Positions 11,695 to 25,270 of a stretch of DNA of 64,000 nt are shown here, one piece after another; the stretch's first letter is position 1, and each line of letters starts with the position of its first letter. Made by a program: the position numbers and the translations under genes. Source of the DNA: Mobula hypostoma (taxonomy: Eukaryota); contig NC_086118.1 in NCBI RefSeq assembly GCF_963921235.1, positions 19,160,001 through 19,224,000 on the forward strand, written 5' to 3'. Below the pieces are notes generated by a model that was not told where the DNA came from, did no database searches, and worked only from the letters and a program-made list of their open reading frames with translations.

Positions 11695-12022
11695 AGCCCA
11701 ATGGCCAAAGCCTGAATAATGGAGACCCTCAGGCCTGTTCTAGATATGGAGGCGAGTCAGTGTATGTGGAGGGAGGGAAGGTGCAATAGAAGGCATGAGA
11801 GAGGAATGGGACCTGTTTTGTTTTTGCTTGTTGTGATTTCATTTTGTTGTGCTCTGTGCTGTTCTGCCAAGCATTGTGGACTTGCTATGCTGGCATCAGA
11901 AACTGCGACGATAGTTGTGTGTTGCTTCTGACACAACTTTATGGGTGTTGGTTGTTAACACAAATGGCTTATTTCACTGTATATGTCAATGTACTGTACA
12001 TGTAATAAATAAATCTGAATCT
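11695..12022 (+). mobile_element. Unclassified SINE-like retroposon
   Basis: 3' end TTTCACTGTAT...GTACATGT.A.AAATAAATCTGAATCT, similar to tails near 21580-21640, 38360 and 42540. Confidence 0.5.
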
Positions 12023-13691
12023 ACCAAAAATTAGAGACAATACTCCAGAAGATGTGTAATTATTAAAGTTTATTTCCAAAATAAATCTGAAATTAGACTT
12101 AACACCTCTGTGAAGTTCTTGTTGCGTTATCATAATCTTTATACTCCCTGTACTTTCTATTCCTGCACTTTGAAGGATGGCAGAGTGTAGCGATTATTTT
12201 AATGGTTGAGTAATTGAATATCTAGTGTAGGTGGTTTTCCTGTCCAGGTCTCTATCGCTGCTTTTCATTGCATATTTACCACTATTCTGTTTTTAACAGA
12301 CGGTTTGATGTTATTATGCCTGAAATAGGGTTTCAATTGTAAAATTAGCATCACTGAGTCAGCTGTTGCCATTAGAGGACTGTACAAACAAAGAAGCATA
12401 GAAAATAGGAGTAAAAGTTGGCCATTTAGACTTTCAAATGTGTTTCACATTCAGTATGCTCTTGACTGATCCTTTCCCTCAATGTATTATTCACACTTTC
12501 TCCCTAGACGTGATAGGAATATAGAAACATAGAAAACCTACAGCACAATGCAGGCTCTTTGGCCCACAAATCTGTGCCGAACACGTCCTTACCTTAGAAA
12601 TTATCCAGGCTTACCCATAGTTCCCTATTTTTCTGAGCTCCATGTACCTGTCCAGGAGTCTCTTAAAAGACCCTTTTGTATCCGCCTCCACCACCGTCGT
12701 CGGCAGCCCATTCCACAAACTCACCACTCTCTGCGTAAAAAACTTACCCCTGACATCTTTTCTGTATCTCCTTCCAAGCACCTTAAAACTGGGCCCTCTC
12801 ATGCTAGCCATTTCAGCTCTCGGAAAAAGCCTCTTAGTATTGACACGATCAATGCCTCTTATTATCTTATACACCTGTCTCAGGTCACCTCTCATCCTCC
12901 GTTGCTCCAAGGAAAAAAGGCCACGTTCACTCAACCTGTTCTCATAAGGCATGCTCCCCAATCCAGGCAACATCCTTGTGAATTTCCTCTGCACCCTGTC
13001 TATGGTTTTCACATCATTCCTCTGGTGAGGTGACCAGAACTGAGCACAGTTCTCCAAGTGGGGTCTGACCAGGGTCCTATATAGCTGCAACATTACCTCG
13101 CAGCTTTTAAACTCAATCCCATGACTGATGAAGGCCAATGCACCATATGCTTTCTTAACCACAGTTCAACCTGCGCAGCAGCTTTGGGTGTCTTATGGAC
13201 TCGGACCCCAAGATCCTTCTGATCGTCCACATTGCCAAGAGTCTTACCATTAATACTATATTCTGCCGTCATATTTGACCTACCAAAATAAACCACCTCA
13301 CACTTTTCTGGGTTGAACTCCATCTGCCACGTCTCAGTCCAGTTTTGCATCCTATCAGTGTCCTACTGTAACCTCTGACAGCCCTCCACACTATCCACAA
13401 CACCTCTAAATTTTGTGTCATCAGCAAATTTACTAACCCATCCCTCCACTTCTTCATCCAGGTCATTTATAAAAATCACAAAGAGTAGGGGTCCCAGAAC
13501 ATATCCCTGAGGCACACCACTGGTGATGGACCTCCATGTAGAATATGAACCATCTACAACCATTCTTTGCCTTCTGTGGGCAAGCCAGTTCTGGATCAAA
13601 AAAGCAATGTCCCTATGGATTCCATTCCTCCTTACTTTCTCAATAAGCCTTGCATGGGGTACCTTGTCAAATGCCTTGCTGAAATCCATGT

Positions 13692-14789
13692 TGTCACATA
13701 ACTGGCAACAATGAATATAGAATTGAATTGAGTCAGGTTTTATAAAAACAATCAAACATTTATTAAACTCTGCTCAATATAAAAAAATAAACAAATGAGA
13801 AACTTAACTGGAAGTAAACTGTTATGCGGCCATTTAACAAACCACCACTCAGTACTAGTTCTTAAAGCGATAAATGTGGAAGAGTTCTCAAAGCTGTAAA
13901 TTCAAACACAGTTCTTAGTATGGTAAATTCGAAATTCCAAGAGAATTATACAGTCAATTAGGAGAGACTTTCCTGAAGTAAAGGGCATGTGGCCAAGTGG
14001 TTAAGGCATTAGTCTAGTTACTTCAAGGTCGCTAGTTCGTGCCTCAGCTATGGCAGCCTGTTTGTGCCCTTGAGCAAGGCACTTAATCACACATTGATCT
14101 AGTCTGTCCGAGGAGTGGCGCCACACAGACTTCCAATCTGCGCCTTGTAAGGCATGAAAATGCCTGACGCAGGCCTCTCATGGTCTGGGTCAACGTTCCC
14201 TCCCTGAAGTAAAGAATTCCTTGAAGACACGACGTCACGCCAGTCTCAGCCGGATCTTGCCAAGTCCGCAGGATTCACAACAACGGAAATTACACGATTC
14301 AAAGGCAATGACCTCTTTCCTCTGGATACTAGATCCTGCACAGCCTTTTCTGCCACTTTTAGCAGAGGCTATCTCATGCAGATCACTCTTTCTTGAACAA
14401 ATTCAATAATGGTCGATCCTTTTCAACCGTCGAACGACTCCTTCAGGTTCCTGTCTTCATTCTCCAATACTACTGAAAAGATACATCAACAAACCTGGCA
14501 GAAATTGGTTAAACTGCTGGTCCAGCACTGTTGTATCTTACAATAGAATGTAAAACTCCGTTTTAAATCGAAACTGCTTCATATAGCAAATACGCAGTGG
14601 AGCGGAGTCTCTGGCTAACATTCTAACTGGAAAACTAACTGTGTCACCCCCGGGGTCTCCTTTTATACTTGTGGTGAACATGTCATCATGTGACCTCACA
14701 TCGGCGAGAAAATTACATCAGGTGACCTCCAAAAGACCATTACATTATCCTCATAAGACAGTCTCAAGATATCCATGAGGTATGTAACA
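13692..14789 (-). mobile_element. Solo LTR inserted in the CR1 RT region (same family as 63187-64000)
   Basis: TGTCACATA...TATGTAACA termini; 4-bp TSD ATGT/ATAT; it splits the CR1 motif VYMDFSKAF; TATAAAA then AATAAA-like signals on -. Confidence 0.85.
13984..14202 (+). mobile_element. tRNA-derived SINE with a CORE-like segment, nested in the solo LTR
   Basis: 12-bp TSD CCTGAAGTAAAG (13972-13983, 14203-14214); A-box TGGCCAAGTGG; B-box-like GTTCGTGCC; CCTTGAGCAAGGCACTTAA. Confidence 0.8.
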
Positions 14790-14982
14790 ATATACACGAC
14801 AACTACTGCTCTACCTTCATCAATGTGTTTAGTCACATCCTCAAAAAATTAAATCAGGCTCATAAGGCACGACCTGCCTTTCACAAAGCCATGCTGACTA
14901 TTCCTAATCATATCATGCCTCTCCAAATGTTCATAAATACTGCCTGTCAGGATCTTCTCCATCAACTTACCAACCACTCAAG

Positions 14983-15171
14983 TCATAGTCATAGTCATAG
15001 TCATACTTTATTGATCCGGGGGGAAATTGGTTTTCGTTACAGTTGCACCATAAATAATTAAATAGTAATAAAACCATAAATAGTTCAATAGTAATATGTA
15101 AATTATGCCAGGAAATAAGTCCAGGACCAGCCTATTGGCTCAGGGTGTCTGACCCTCCAAGGGAGGAGTTG
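14983..15171 (-). mobile_element. Rex1/Babar LINE 3' tail fragment nested in CR1
   Basis: (CATAGT)n tail; the reverse complement matches the 3' end of 44490-45144 (YNSSLGGSD.LSQ). Confidence 0.8.
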
Positions 15172-17825
15172 TAAGACTCACTGTAATTTCCTGGGCTATC
15201 TCTACTCCCATTCTTGAATAATGGAAAAATATCCGCAACCCTCCAATCCTCCGGAACCTCTCCCATCTTTATTGATGATGCAAAGATCATCACCAGAGGC
15301 TCAGCAATCTCCTCCCTTGCCTCCCACAGTAGCAGGTATATCTCGTCCAGTCCTGGTGACTTATACAACTTGATACTTTCCAAAAGTTACAGCACATCCT
15401 CTTTCTTAATATCTATATGATCAAGCTTTTCAGTCCTCTGTAAGTCATCCCTACAATCGCCAAGATCCTTTTCCATAGTGAATGCTGAAGCAAAGTACTC
15501 ATTAAGTATGTCTGCTATGTCCTCCGGTTCTATACACACATTTCCACTGTCACAATTGATTGGTCCTATTCTCTCGTATCTTATCCTCTTGCTCTTCACG
15601 TATTTATAGACTGTCTTGGGGTTTTCTTTAATCCTGTCCACCAAGGCCTTCTCATGGCCCCTTCTGGCTCTCCTAATTTCTTTCTTAAGCTCCTTCCTGC
15701 TAGCCTTATAATCTTCTAGATCCCTATCATTACCTAGCTTTTTGAACCTTCTTTTCTTCTTGACTAGATTTACAACATCCTTTGTACACCACGGTTCCCG
15801 TACCCTACCATCTTTTCCCCGTCTCATTGGAACATACCTATGCAGAACTCCACGTAAATATCCCCTGAACATTTGCCACATTTCTGCTGTACATTTCCCT
15901 GAGAACATCTGTTCCCAATTTATGATTCTGAGTTCCTGCCTGATAGCTTCATATTTCCCCTTACTTCAATTAAACGCTTTCTTAACTTGTCTGTTCGTAT
16001 CCCTCTCCAATGCTGTGGTAAAGGAGATAGAATTGTGATCACTATCTCCCAAATGCTTTCCCACTGAGAGATCTGACACCTGACAAGGTTAATTTCCCAA
16101 TACCAAATCAAGTATAGCCTCTGTTCATGTATGCTTATCTACAAATTGTGTCAATAAACCTACCTGAACATACCTAACAAACTCCACCCCATCTAAACCC
16201 CTTGCTCTAGGGACATGCCAATTGATATTTGGAAAATTAAAATCTCCCACCATGACAACCCTGTTATTATTACACCTTTCCAGAATCTGTCTCCCTATCT
16301 GCTTCTCGATGTCCCTGTTATTATTGGGTGGTCTATAAAAAACCCAGTAGAGTTATTGACCCCTTCCTATTCCTATCTTCCACACACAGAGACTCTGTAG
16401 ACAATCTCTCCATGTCTTTCTCCTTTTCTACAGCCATGACACTATCTCTGATCAACAGTGCCGTGCCCCCACCTCTTCTGCCTCCCTCCCTTTTCTTCCT
16501 GAAACATCCAAAGCCTGGGACCGTTCCTGCCGCTGAGACATCCTAGTCTCTGTAATGGCCACAACATCATAGCTCCAAGTATTGATCCACGCTTTAAGCT
16601 CATTGGCTTTGTTCATAATACTCCTTGCATTAAAATAGACACATCTCAAACCATCGGTCTGAGCATGTCCCTTCTCTATTACCTGCCTATCCTCCCTCTT
16701 GCACTGTCTCCAAGTTTTCTCTTCTTGTGAGCCAACCGCCTCTTCCCCAGTCTCTTCAGTTTGGTTCCCACGTCACAACAATCCTAGTTTAAACTCTCCC
16801 CAATAGCCTTAGCATTCCTCCCCACCAGGATATTGGTCCCCCTGGGATTCAAGTGCAACCTGTCCTTTTTGTACAGGTCACTCCTGCCCCAAAAGAGGAC
16901 CCAATGAGCCAGAAATCTGAATCCCTGCCCCCTGCTCCAATCCCCCAGCCACGCATTTATCCTCCACCTCACTCAATTCCTCTACTCACTGTCACATGAC
17001 ACAGGCAGTAATCCCGAGGTGACTACCTTTGTGGTCCTGCTTCTCAACTTCCTTCCTAACTCCCTGTAGTCTACTTTCAGGACCTCCTCCCTTTTCCTGC
17101 CTATGTCGTTGGTACCAATATGTACCACAACCTCTGGCTGTTCACCTTCCCACTTCAGGATATCGTGGACGTGATCAGAAACATCCTGGACTCTGGCACC
17201 TGGGAGGCAAACAACCATCCGTACTTCTTTCTGGTGTCGACAGAATCACCTGTCTGACCCCCTAACTATAGAGTCCCCTATCACTGCTGCCATCCTCTTC
17301 CTTTCTCTACCCTTCTGAGCCACAGGGCCAGACTCTGTGCCAGAGGCATGGCCACTGTTGCTTCTCCCAGGCAGGCCGTCACCCCCAACAGTCCGCAATC
17401 AGGAGTACTTATTGTTAAGGGGGACAGCCACAGGGGTACTCTCTAGACTCTGACTCCTGCCCTTCCGTTTCCTGACTGTTACCCACTTATCTGTCTCCCC
17501 AGGTACCGGCGTGACAAATGCATCCATCTCCTCTCTATCACCTCCTCACTTTCCCTGACCAGACGAAGGTCATTGAGCTGCATCTCCAGTTCCCTAACAC
17601 AGTCCCTAAGGAGCTGCAGCTCTGTGCACCTGGTGCAGATGTGGACGTCCAGGAGGCTGGGAGTCTCCCAGACATCCCACATCTGACACCCAGTACAGAA
17701 CATCGGCCTCACAGACATACACAGTCCTTATTCTACATAGGCAACCTACCTCGCCTCGACCCGTTATCGCCGGAGCCCCGATGCGAGCACAAATAATCAC
17801 TTACGCATCAGGACAAAGTAATTGC

Positions 17826-18186
17826 ACAAGACCATAAGTCATAGGGGCAGAATTAGGCCAATCAGCCCATGGATTCTGCTCGCCATTCCATCATGGCTGA
17901 TTTATTATTCCTCTCAAGCCTATTCTCCTGCCTTCTCATCTTAACCTTTGACACCCTGACTAATCAAGACCTATCAGCCTCTCTTTTAAATGTGGCTAAC
18001 GACTTGGCCTCCACAGCCATGTGGCGACAAATTCCCCAGATTCACCACCCTCTGGCTAAAGAAATTCCTTCTCATCTCTGTTCAAAATGGACACTCCTCC
18101 ATTCTGAGGCTGTGCCCTCCGCTCCTAGGTTCCCCATCTATAGGAAATGGCCTCTCCACACTCTAGCTAGACCTTTCAATATTTGA
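17826..18186 (-). mobile_element. CR1 3' fragment
   Basis: CATAAG..ATAGGGGCAGAATTAGGCCA tail plus ORF2 C-terminal sequence. Confidence 0.8.
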
Positions 18187-19122
18187 TATAAAAATCATGC
18201 AAATACAGTTAATTAAAACTGCCTGGAATTGAAACAAAACTTATTTTTTGTTAATATTTATCCTAAAAGTTAAATCTGCCATCCTTACCTATTTGATCAT
18301 TGTATGATCCATATATCCACTAATATATGTTATCCTTAGTTGCCATCAATGATAGCCAAGCAGGCTATTAGTAACATCAATTTTCTACATAAAATCATGA
18401 TAAATGTAAAGCAGGACGATCTATCAACAAGCTTAACATTAGATGGAACCAAACTGGCACATACCATATAACCATATTACCATATAACAATTACAGCACA
18501 GAAACAGGTCATCTCAGCCCTTCTAGTCCGTGTCGAACTCTTACTCTCACCTAGGCCCACATACCTTTTGCAATTGCACCATGTCCAAGTGAATCACACA
18601 AATACCAAATAAGGATTATCCTCTTCAACGTTCAAAATTCACAAAGAACTTGACATACTGAGAATTGTATATTCCGGAGATACACTTTCTCTTCAGAGCC
18701 CTCAGGGTGTGTGATGCACAGCTGGCACTGATAACTCTCTCCAGGACAGAATTCTTTAATAATAAAGTTGCTGGCTAATTTTCAGCTCATGTAACTCATA
18801 TGAATATTGAACGCTGTACATTAGCTCTATCCCCTCACACTATTGACTTCACACCCAAACTGTTCACCTTCATGACATTTATCCATCAACATTTACCTCT
18901 CCCAGTTTGTTTTCACATCCACCCTCACGCTTTTCCAAAACCTCAACCTGAATGTCTTCTTCCCCACATCCCACCACCACCCCCCTCCCCACCCTCACCT
19001 CGGCATCTGATTCTCGCTACTAATGCTCCCCGTTTGATCCCTGAGCTTCCCTCTGCCTGCAGGCCTCTTTGCCACAATTCCCCATGCACTTCACGGTACA
19101 GGCTTTCCAGGTTTTTCTTTAA

Positions 19123-19992
19123 TTAGATTAGATTAGATTCAACTTTATTATCATTGTGCGGAGTACAGATACAAAGCCAATGAAATGCAGTTAGCATCTA
19201 ACCTGAAATGCAAAGAATAGTGTTATTTACAAAATAACTGCGAATAAAAAAAGTGCTACAGCACACAAATATAAAAGTACTGAGACAGTACAATACGGAT
19301 GCAATACTGCTTAGCGCTGTGATGAGAGGTTCAGCAGTTTCACAGCCTCAGGGAAGAAGCTTTTTCTGTGCCTGCTGGTGCGGGAGCGGAGGCTCCTGTA
19401 GCGCCTACCGGATGGGAGGAGAGTAAAAAGTCCATGGTTAGGGTGAGATGCATCCTTGATAATGCTTTTTGCCCTGCCCAGGCAGTGTTTATGGTAGATG
19501 TTCTCAACGGTGGGCAATTGGGTGCTAGTAATCCGCTGGGTAGTTTTCACCACACGCTGGAGTGCTTTGCGGTCTGATATGGGCAATTGCCATACCACAC
19601 TGAGATGCAGCTGGTGAGTATGCTCTCAATGGTACAGCGGTAAAAGTCCGTCAGTATCCTGGGACAGAGGTGAGCTTTCTTGATGCTCTGCAGGAAATAA
19701 AGGCACTGTTGCACCTTTTTGATCAGGATGGAGGAGTTCAGGGACCAGGTGAGATCCTTGGAAATGTGGACACCAAGGAAAGTGAAGCTTGATACCCGCT
19801 CCACTGCAGCTCCGTTGATGTAAGTGGGGATGCGAATGTGGCTCCTAGCATGCCTGAAGTCCACAATGATCTCCTTGGTCTTCTGGGTGTTAAGGGCCAG
19901 GTTGTTATCGGCACACCACACAGCCAGGTGCTGGACCTCGTCCCTGTAGGCCATCTCATCATCCCCTCTGATCAGGCCAACCACCGTGGTGT
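19123..19992 (-). mobile_element. Rex1/Babar LINE 3' fragment
   Basis: VGLI..DDE.AYR.EV..L..WC..NNL.LN..KTKEIIVDFR, FLGVHIS.DLTWS, FYRCTIESILT; (ATTAG)n tail. Confidence 0.88.
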
Positions 19993-21879
19993 CTATGCAC
20001 TTTGGATCGATGTTCGATTGTTGGGGAAGGGTTTTTCAGCAGTCTGACAAGATAGGGTTTGTTTTTAATTGACAGGAGCTGGACTGAACGGTGTAGAAAT
20101 AGCAAAAGCAATTAAGTGTATTGCATAGAGTTCCCACCTGTGTTCAGCTCCATGGACTGAAGCACAGTGAAGCAGGTTCTCTTTAAGTAATAGTGAAGTG
20201 GGTCACATGGGCATTGACCTACACTGTACACGGGTCACACATTCAAGAATGAAATTCATGAAGACAGCACTTTGATTCCTCTGTGCAGTAGTGCGTTGGA
20301 GATACTGAAGCTTATACACCTTCTACTAAGTCCCTGATTATTTTCATTTGTTTGATTTTTAATTTTAATTGAATCCTAACCTGCATTGAATGTGCCATTC
20401 TTTCCAATTTCGAGGCACTCAGTTTCAAAACGATCTTTGGTGGTAAATTAAAAAATGTGAGCAAATAACCACTGGGAGCTTCTGCTAATTTGACGATGTT
20501 GATATTCGATGGAGCTCCAGAAATGATAGTGGAACTTTAGATTGTAGCATTGGTATTGTGGAAAGTTTCGGATTTATTTTATTATTAAGGTATTCACTTA
20601 TGTAAACAAATTCTGCTAAAAATAAGCTTTATCTTTTCAACTTTTATATATCATTATTTAATATTAAGCAATGGTAGCTCGAAGATTAGTTCCACAGATA
20701 TAAGTTGGTACTTTTAAATATAAACATATATTTAAAGTATTTTACTTTGAAACATTTTCTGGAATTTTGAAATTTTGTTGAGTAAAAACTTGGAGGTATA
20801 GAGACACTTTATTGAACAGGCACAGCTTTGAACTCACTGGACTCATACTGCTGATGGTGCTTTAGGCAGAATTTACATACACAGATGCTCACAATGAAAC
20901 CTCTAGCCTTCAAGATTCTGTTAATAAAACCACAGATATTTTAAGTTCTGGGTTCTGTCCAGATACTTTTATGAGGTATATGTTTTTCTCACTGCAATAT
21001 GGCTATCATAAACCCAAACAGATGGTGGATTATTACTTTTATTGTGATTATTTTTTATGTAATCAGCTACTTATTCCAACATTTTGCAAAATGATTTTTG
21101 GTATGGTATCAACATTGTTACAGTTTTTCATTTCCGAAATATTAATTATAATCATGCAATTTGTTGATAGCGACTAATACAATAGAAAAGAGATTAAAGA
21201 AATATTTTACTGACACAAACTGTGATTTTGCTTTTCTTCTTGAGACTCACTAGCGTAGGCTTAATGAAGTTTCTTTAGAAAGAAGAAAAACTGAATTATA
21301 TAGTATAAAATAGAAACTACCGAAAAAGCACAGTAAATCAGGCAGCATCGATGGAAAGCAAATCAGTTAATGTTTTGGGTCTGTGATGTTTGGAAAAACA
21401 TTTTTCTCTTTTTCTGTTTTTTAACATTTCCTGAAAAGAGTCTGCTTGTGTCTCCTCCCAGTTCCAAAGAAATACAGTTTAGAGTCACTGAGTTGTGGGC
21501 ATGCTATGTCAGCATGGTGACACTCATGGGCTGTCCTAGCACAATCTGCATTGGTTTGATTTGATGCAAACAATGTATTTCACTGTAGGCTTTGATGTTT
21601 CAATGTACATGTGTCAAATAAATTTACCTTTAATCTTCTCTTCATTTTCTGATTTTATTTCAGGTTTCCAGCATCTAAAACATTTAAAAAATCATGTATA
21701 TCTACTGTATATTGTATCTTTTGTTGGAATGAAGACATAGAACCTTGGGTGAAGTATGTAGCTCATTAAGCCAGTTCCAGCATTCAATAATATGTGATCT
21801 TGTCTCTCATCCATCTTCCTAACCAATCCCCATACACCTATATTCTCATGCTGTATATGCTTAGTCAAGTACATTCACA

Positions 21880-22110
21880 TGTCTGTGTAGTTTTCATGTT
21901 CTCCCTGTGATGGATTTGACTACCGCTGGGTGATCCAGTTTCATCCCAAATACCGAATATGCTGGTTGATAGGTTATTGGCAACATAAATTACCCTTACT
22001 GTAGGTAGAGTGTGGAGTTGATAGTTGTGTGAGAAAGAATGTGTTACCAAAGGAGTAAGTGGAGGAATGGAATTGATGGGGTTACTCTGAAAAATGGCAG
22101 TGACTTCATA
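21880..22110 (+). mobile_element. Degenerate V-SINE (HE1-like) fragment
   Basis: GTAGTTTTCATGTTCTCCCTGTG...CCAGTTTCATCCCA V-domain remnant. Confidence 0.55.
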
Positions 22111-22245
22111 GATGTCAAAAGAGCATTTAATATGAAAATATTAATAACTGAGCATTTAGCAAAATTTATGAGAGAAGTTAATAAATTCACAAAATAGAGA
22201 GAAATTTTCCTCTATCTCAATAGCAGAATATCCATCCTTTATTAT

Positions 22246-24349
22246 GTGGTATGGAAAAGGGAGGCACAGGAGCAGCTACAGGACTGCTTTGAATTGGTGG
22301 GCTGGACTGTATTCAAGGAATCATCTTCATACCTGAATGAGTATGCTGCAGTTGTTACCTACTTCATTAAAACCTGTGTGGATGAGTGTGTGCCCGCAAA
22401 GACTTATGGTACATTCCCAAACCAAAAGCTGTGGTTGAACCAAGAGGTACGTTGTCTGCTGACATTCAAGTCTGGTGACCCAGGCCTGTAGCAGAAAAAC
22501 AGGTATGACTTGCGGAGGGCTATTTCAAGGGTGAAGAGCCAATTTCAAACGAGGTTGAAGGCGACATCGGATGCATGGCAACTCTGGTAGGGTCTGCAAG
22601 ACATTACTTCCTACAAAGCAAAACCCAATAGCATCAATGGCAGGGATGCTTCACTACTAGATGAATTCAACGCCTTCGATGAACGCTTTGAAAGGGAGAA
22701 CATAACTGAAGCTATGAATATCCCTGCTACACCTGATGACCTTGAAATCTCCGTCTCAGAGGCCGATGTTAGACTGTCTTTAAAGAGAGTGAACCATTGC
22801 AAGGTGGAAGGTCCCGATGGAGTACCTGGTAAGGCTCTGAAAACCTGTGCCAACCAACTAGCAGGAGTATTTAAGGACATTTTCAACCTCTCACTGCTAC
22901 GGGCAGAAGTTACCACTTGCTTCAACAAGGCACCAATTATACCAGTGCCTAAGAATAATAACGTGGCTTGCTTTAATGACTATCACCTGGTAGCACTCAC
23001 ATTGTCAGTGATAAAATGCTTTGAGAGGTTGGTCATGACTAGACTGAACTCCTGCCTCAGCAAGTACCTGGACCCATGGCAATTTGCCTATCACCACAAT
23101 AAGTCAACGGCAGACACAGTCTCAATGGCTCTCCACACGGCCACCTAGACAACACAAACACCTACGTCAGGATGCTGTTCATCAACTATAGCTCAGCATT
23201 TAATAACATCATTCCCACAATCCTGACTCAGAAGTTGCAGAAACTGGACCTCTGTACCTCCCTCTGCAAATGGATCCTTGACTTCCTAACCAGAAGACTA
23301 CAATCTGTGCAGATTGGTGATAACATATCCTCCTTGCTAACGATCAACACTGGGTGTGTGCTTAGTCCACTGTTCTACTCTCTGTATACACATGACTTTG
23401 TGGCTAGGTATAGCTCAAGTACCATCTATAAATTTGCTAATGATGCAATCATTGTTGGTAGAATCTCAGTTGGTGATGAGAGGGAGTACAGGAGTGAGAT
23501 ATGTCAACTAGTGGAGTGGTTCTGCAGCAACGACCTGGCACTCAACGTAGGACGAAAGAGCTGATTGTGGACTTCAGGAAGGGTAAGACGAAGGAACACA
23601 TGCCAATCCGCAGAGGGATTGGAAGTGTAGAGAGTGAGCAGCTTCAAGTTCCTCGGTGTCAAGATCTCTGAGGATCTAACCTGGTCCCAACATATCGAGG
23701 TAGTTATAAAGAAGGCAAGACAGCTGCTATACTTTATTAGGAGTTTGAAGAGATTTGGTATGTTCAACAAATACACTGAAAAACTTCTATAGTTGTACTG
23801 TGGAGAGCATTCTGACAGGCTGCATCACTGTCTGGTATGTAAGGGCTATGGCACTTGACCAAAAGAAGCTGCAGAAGGTTGTAAATCTAGTCGGCTCCAT
23901 CTTGGGTACTAGTCTACAAGTACCCAGGATGTCATTAAGGAGTAGTATCTCAGAAAGGCAGCATCCATTATTGAGGACCTCCAGCACCCAGGGCATACCT
24001 TTTCTCACTGTTACCATTAGGTAGGAGATACAGAAGCCTGAAGGCACACCCTCAGTGATTCAGGAACAGCTTCTTCCCCTCTGCCATCCAATTCCTAAAT
24101 GGATATTGAATCTTTGGACACTACCTCACTTTTCTTTTAATATGCAGTATTCCTGTTTTTGCACATTTTAAAAAACTCTATTCAATATATGTAATTGATT
24201 TACTTGTTTATTTATTATTGTGTTCTATTTTATATATTATTATTATTTTTTCTCTCTCTGCTAGTTTATGTATTGCATTGAACTGTTGCTACTAAGGTAA
24301 GAAATTTCACGTCACATGCCAGTGATAATAAACCTGATTCTGATTCTGA
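22246..24349 (+). mobile_element. 5'-truncated Rex1/Babar LINE (RT region, disrupted)
   Basis: [56 protein letters not shown]; (TGATTC)n tail. Confidence 0.9.
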
Positions 24350-24469
24350 TGTGAATTTTTCTCTATAGTTCTACATTCTCCAGCAAAAGGAAACAGCCTT
24401 TCAACTTCTATCCTGTCTAACCCTTTCTTTTGTGTCTCGGGTTTCTTCACAAATATTGAAAAATCTTTA

Positions 24470-24740
24470 CAGTGTAGTGATGTAAAAATTCTGGCAGTCA
24501 GGTTAGTCCCACTAACAGCTACCTGATCATAACCAGATCATCTGTTTTAATAGTGCTGGTTGAAGAAAGAGCATTAGCAATGGCTCCCTTACCCTGCTTT
24601 GAAATGAAACAATGCCATATGATCAATTTGGTCTGTTTAATATGTTCTGCTTTGATATTTTAACCTGAATTAGAATCTAAGATCATTAAAGTGGAATGTG
24701 ACTTAGAGGTTGGAGCTCCAACTATGAACCATGGCTGACA
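24470..24740 (-). mobile_element. Ancient Deu-domain SINE remnant (SacSINE1/AmnSINE1-like)
   Basis: TCCCACTAACAGC...ACCAGATCATCTGTTTT...TGCTGGTTGA resembles the reverse complement of the Deu domain; recognised from memory. Confidence 0.5.
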
Positions 24741-25270
24741 GCAAACAGGAATTCTTATCCAAGAAGATCTGCTGATGATTTGAAGGTAATTTTATTCCTG
24801 GATAAACTAAACAGAATTTGGACTGCACAACTGAACTGCAGGCAGCACAGATGATTAGAGGAGAAACCTAGAATAAAATTTAAATTTTATTTTAACCCAC
24901 AGTTTTGGGCTAAAACTTTGTACTTATATTATTTTATTCTCTAAACATTGATTAAGTTGAGAGGTGCATTCAAATGTGTGAAGAACAATTTATATTTTTA
25001 GTATCAAAACAGGTTCTTAGGATAGAATGTTAATAGGGTCTCAACATGTGCAATATTTTCATTGCAATTAATTAGCAGACCTTATAAAATTGTGCATAAT
25101 ATCAATGGTAAGAGAAGTGCTGCACACAAAATATGCATTTCAGAATAGAGTATGCTTATTATCTGGAATAGTTAGGAGTAAGGTACCAAAAGGGGACACA
25201 CAATTTTACCAAAGAACTAAGTTGCGTGTGGCATAATCTTGATTCAGTAATTGGTAGATATGTGCATATA

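Larger units (their letters stand above)
12516..17780 (-). mobile_element. Near-full-length CR1 LINE (ORF1 about 16784-17718, ORF2 about 12611-16650) with nested insertions
   Basis: ORF1 CTGCQMW..CTRC, HIGTND, D.LHLN; ORF2 [42 protein letters not shown] tail at about 12520. Confidence 0.92.

Noticed and set aside
13984..14050. tRNA gene
   Set aside because: A and B boxes are present, but I see no intact cloverleaf; it is the head of a TSD-flanked SINE. The same applies to the V-SINE head at 27672.
18659..18753. Possible 95-nt - strand exon (EFCPGESYQCQLCITHPEGSEEKVYLRNIQFS)
   Set aside because: Weak acceptor (AAAG, little pyrimidine tract), two frames are open, and no homology was recognised.
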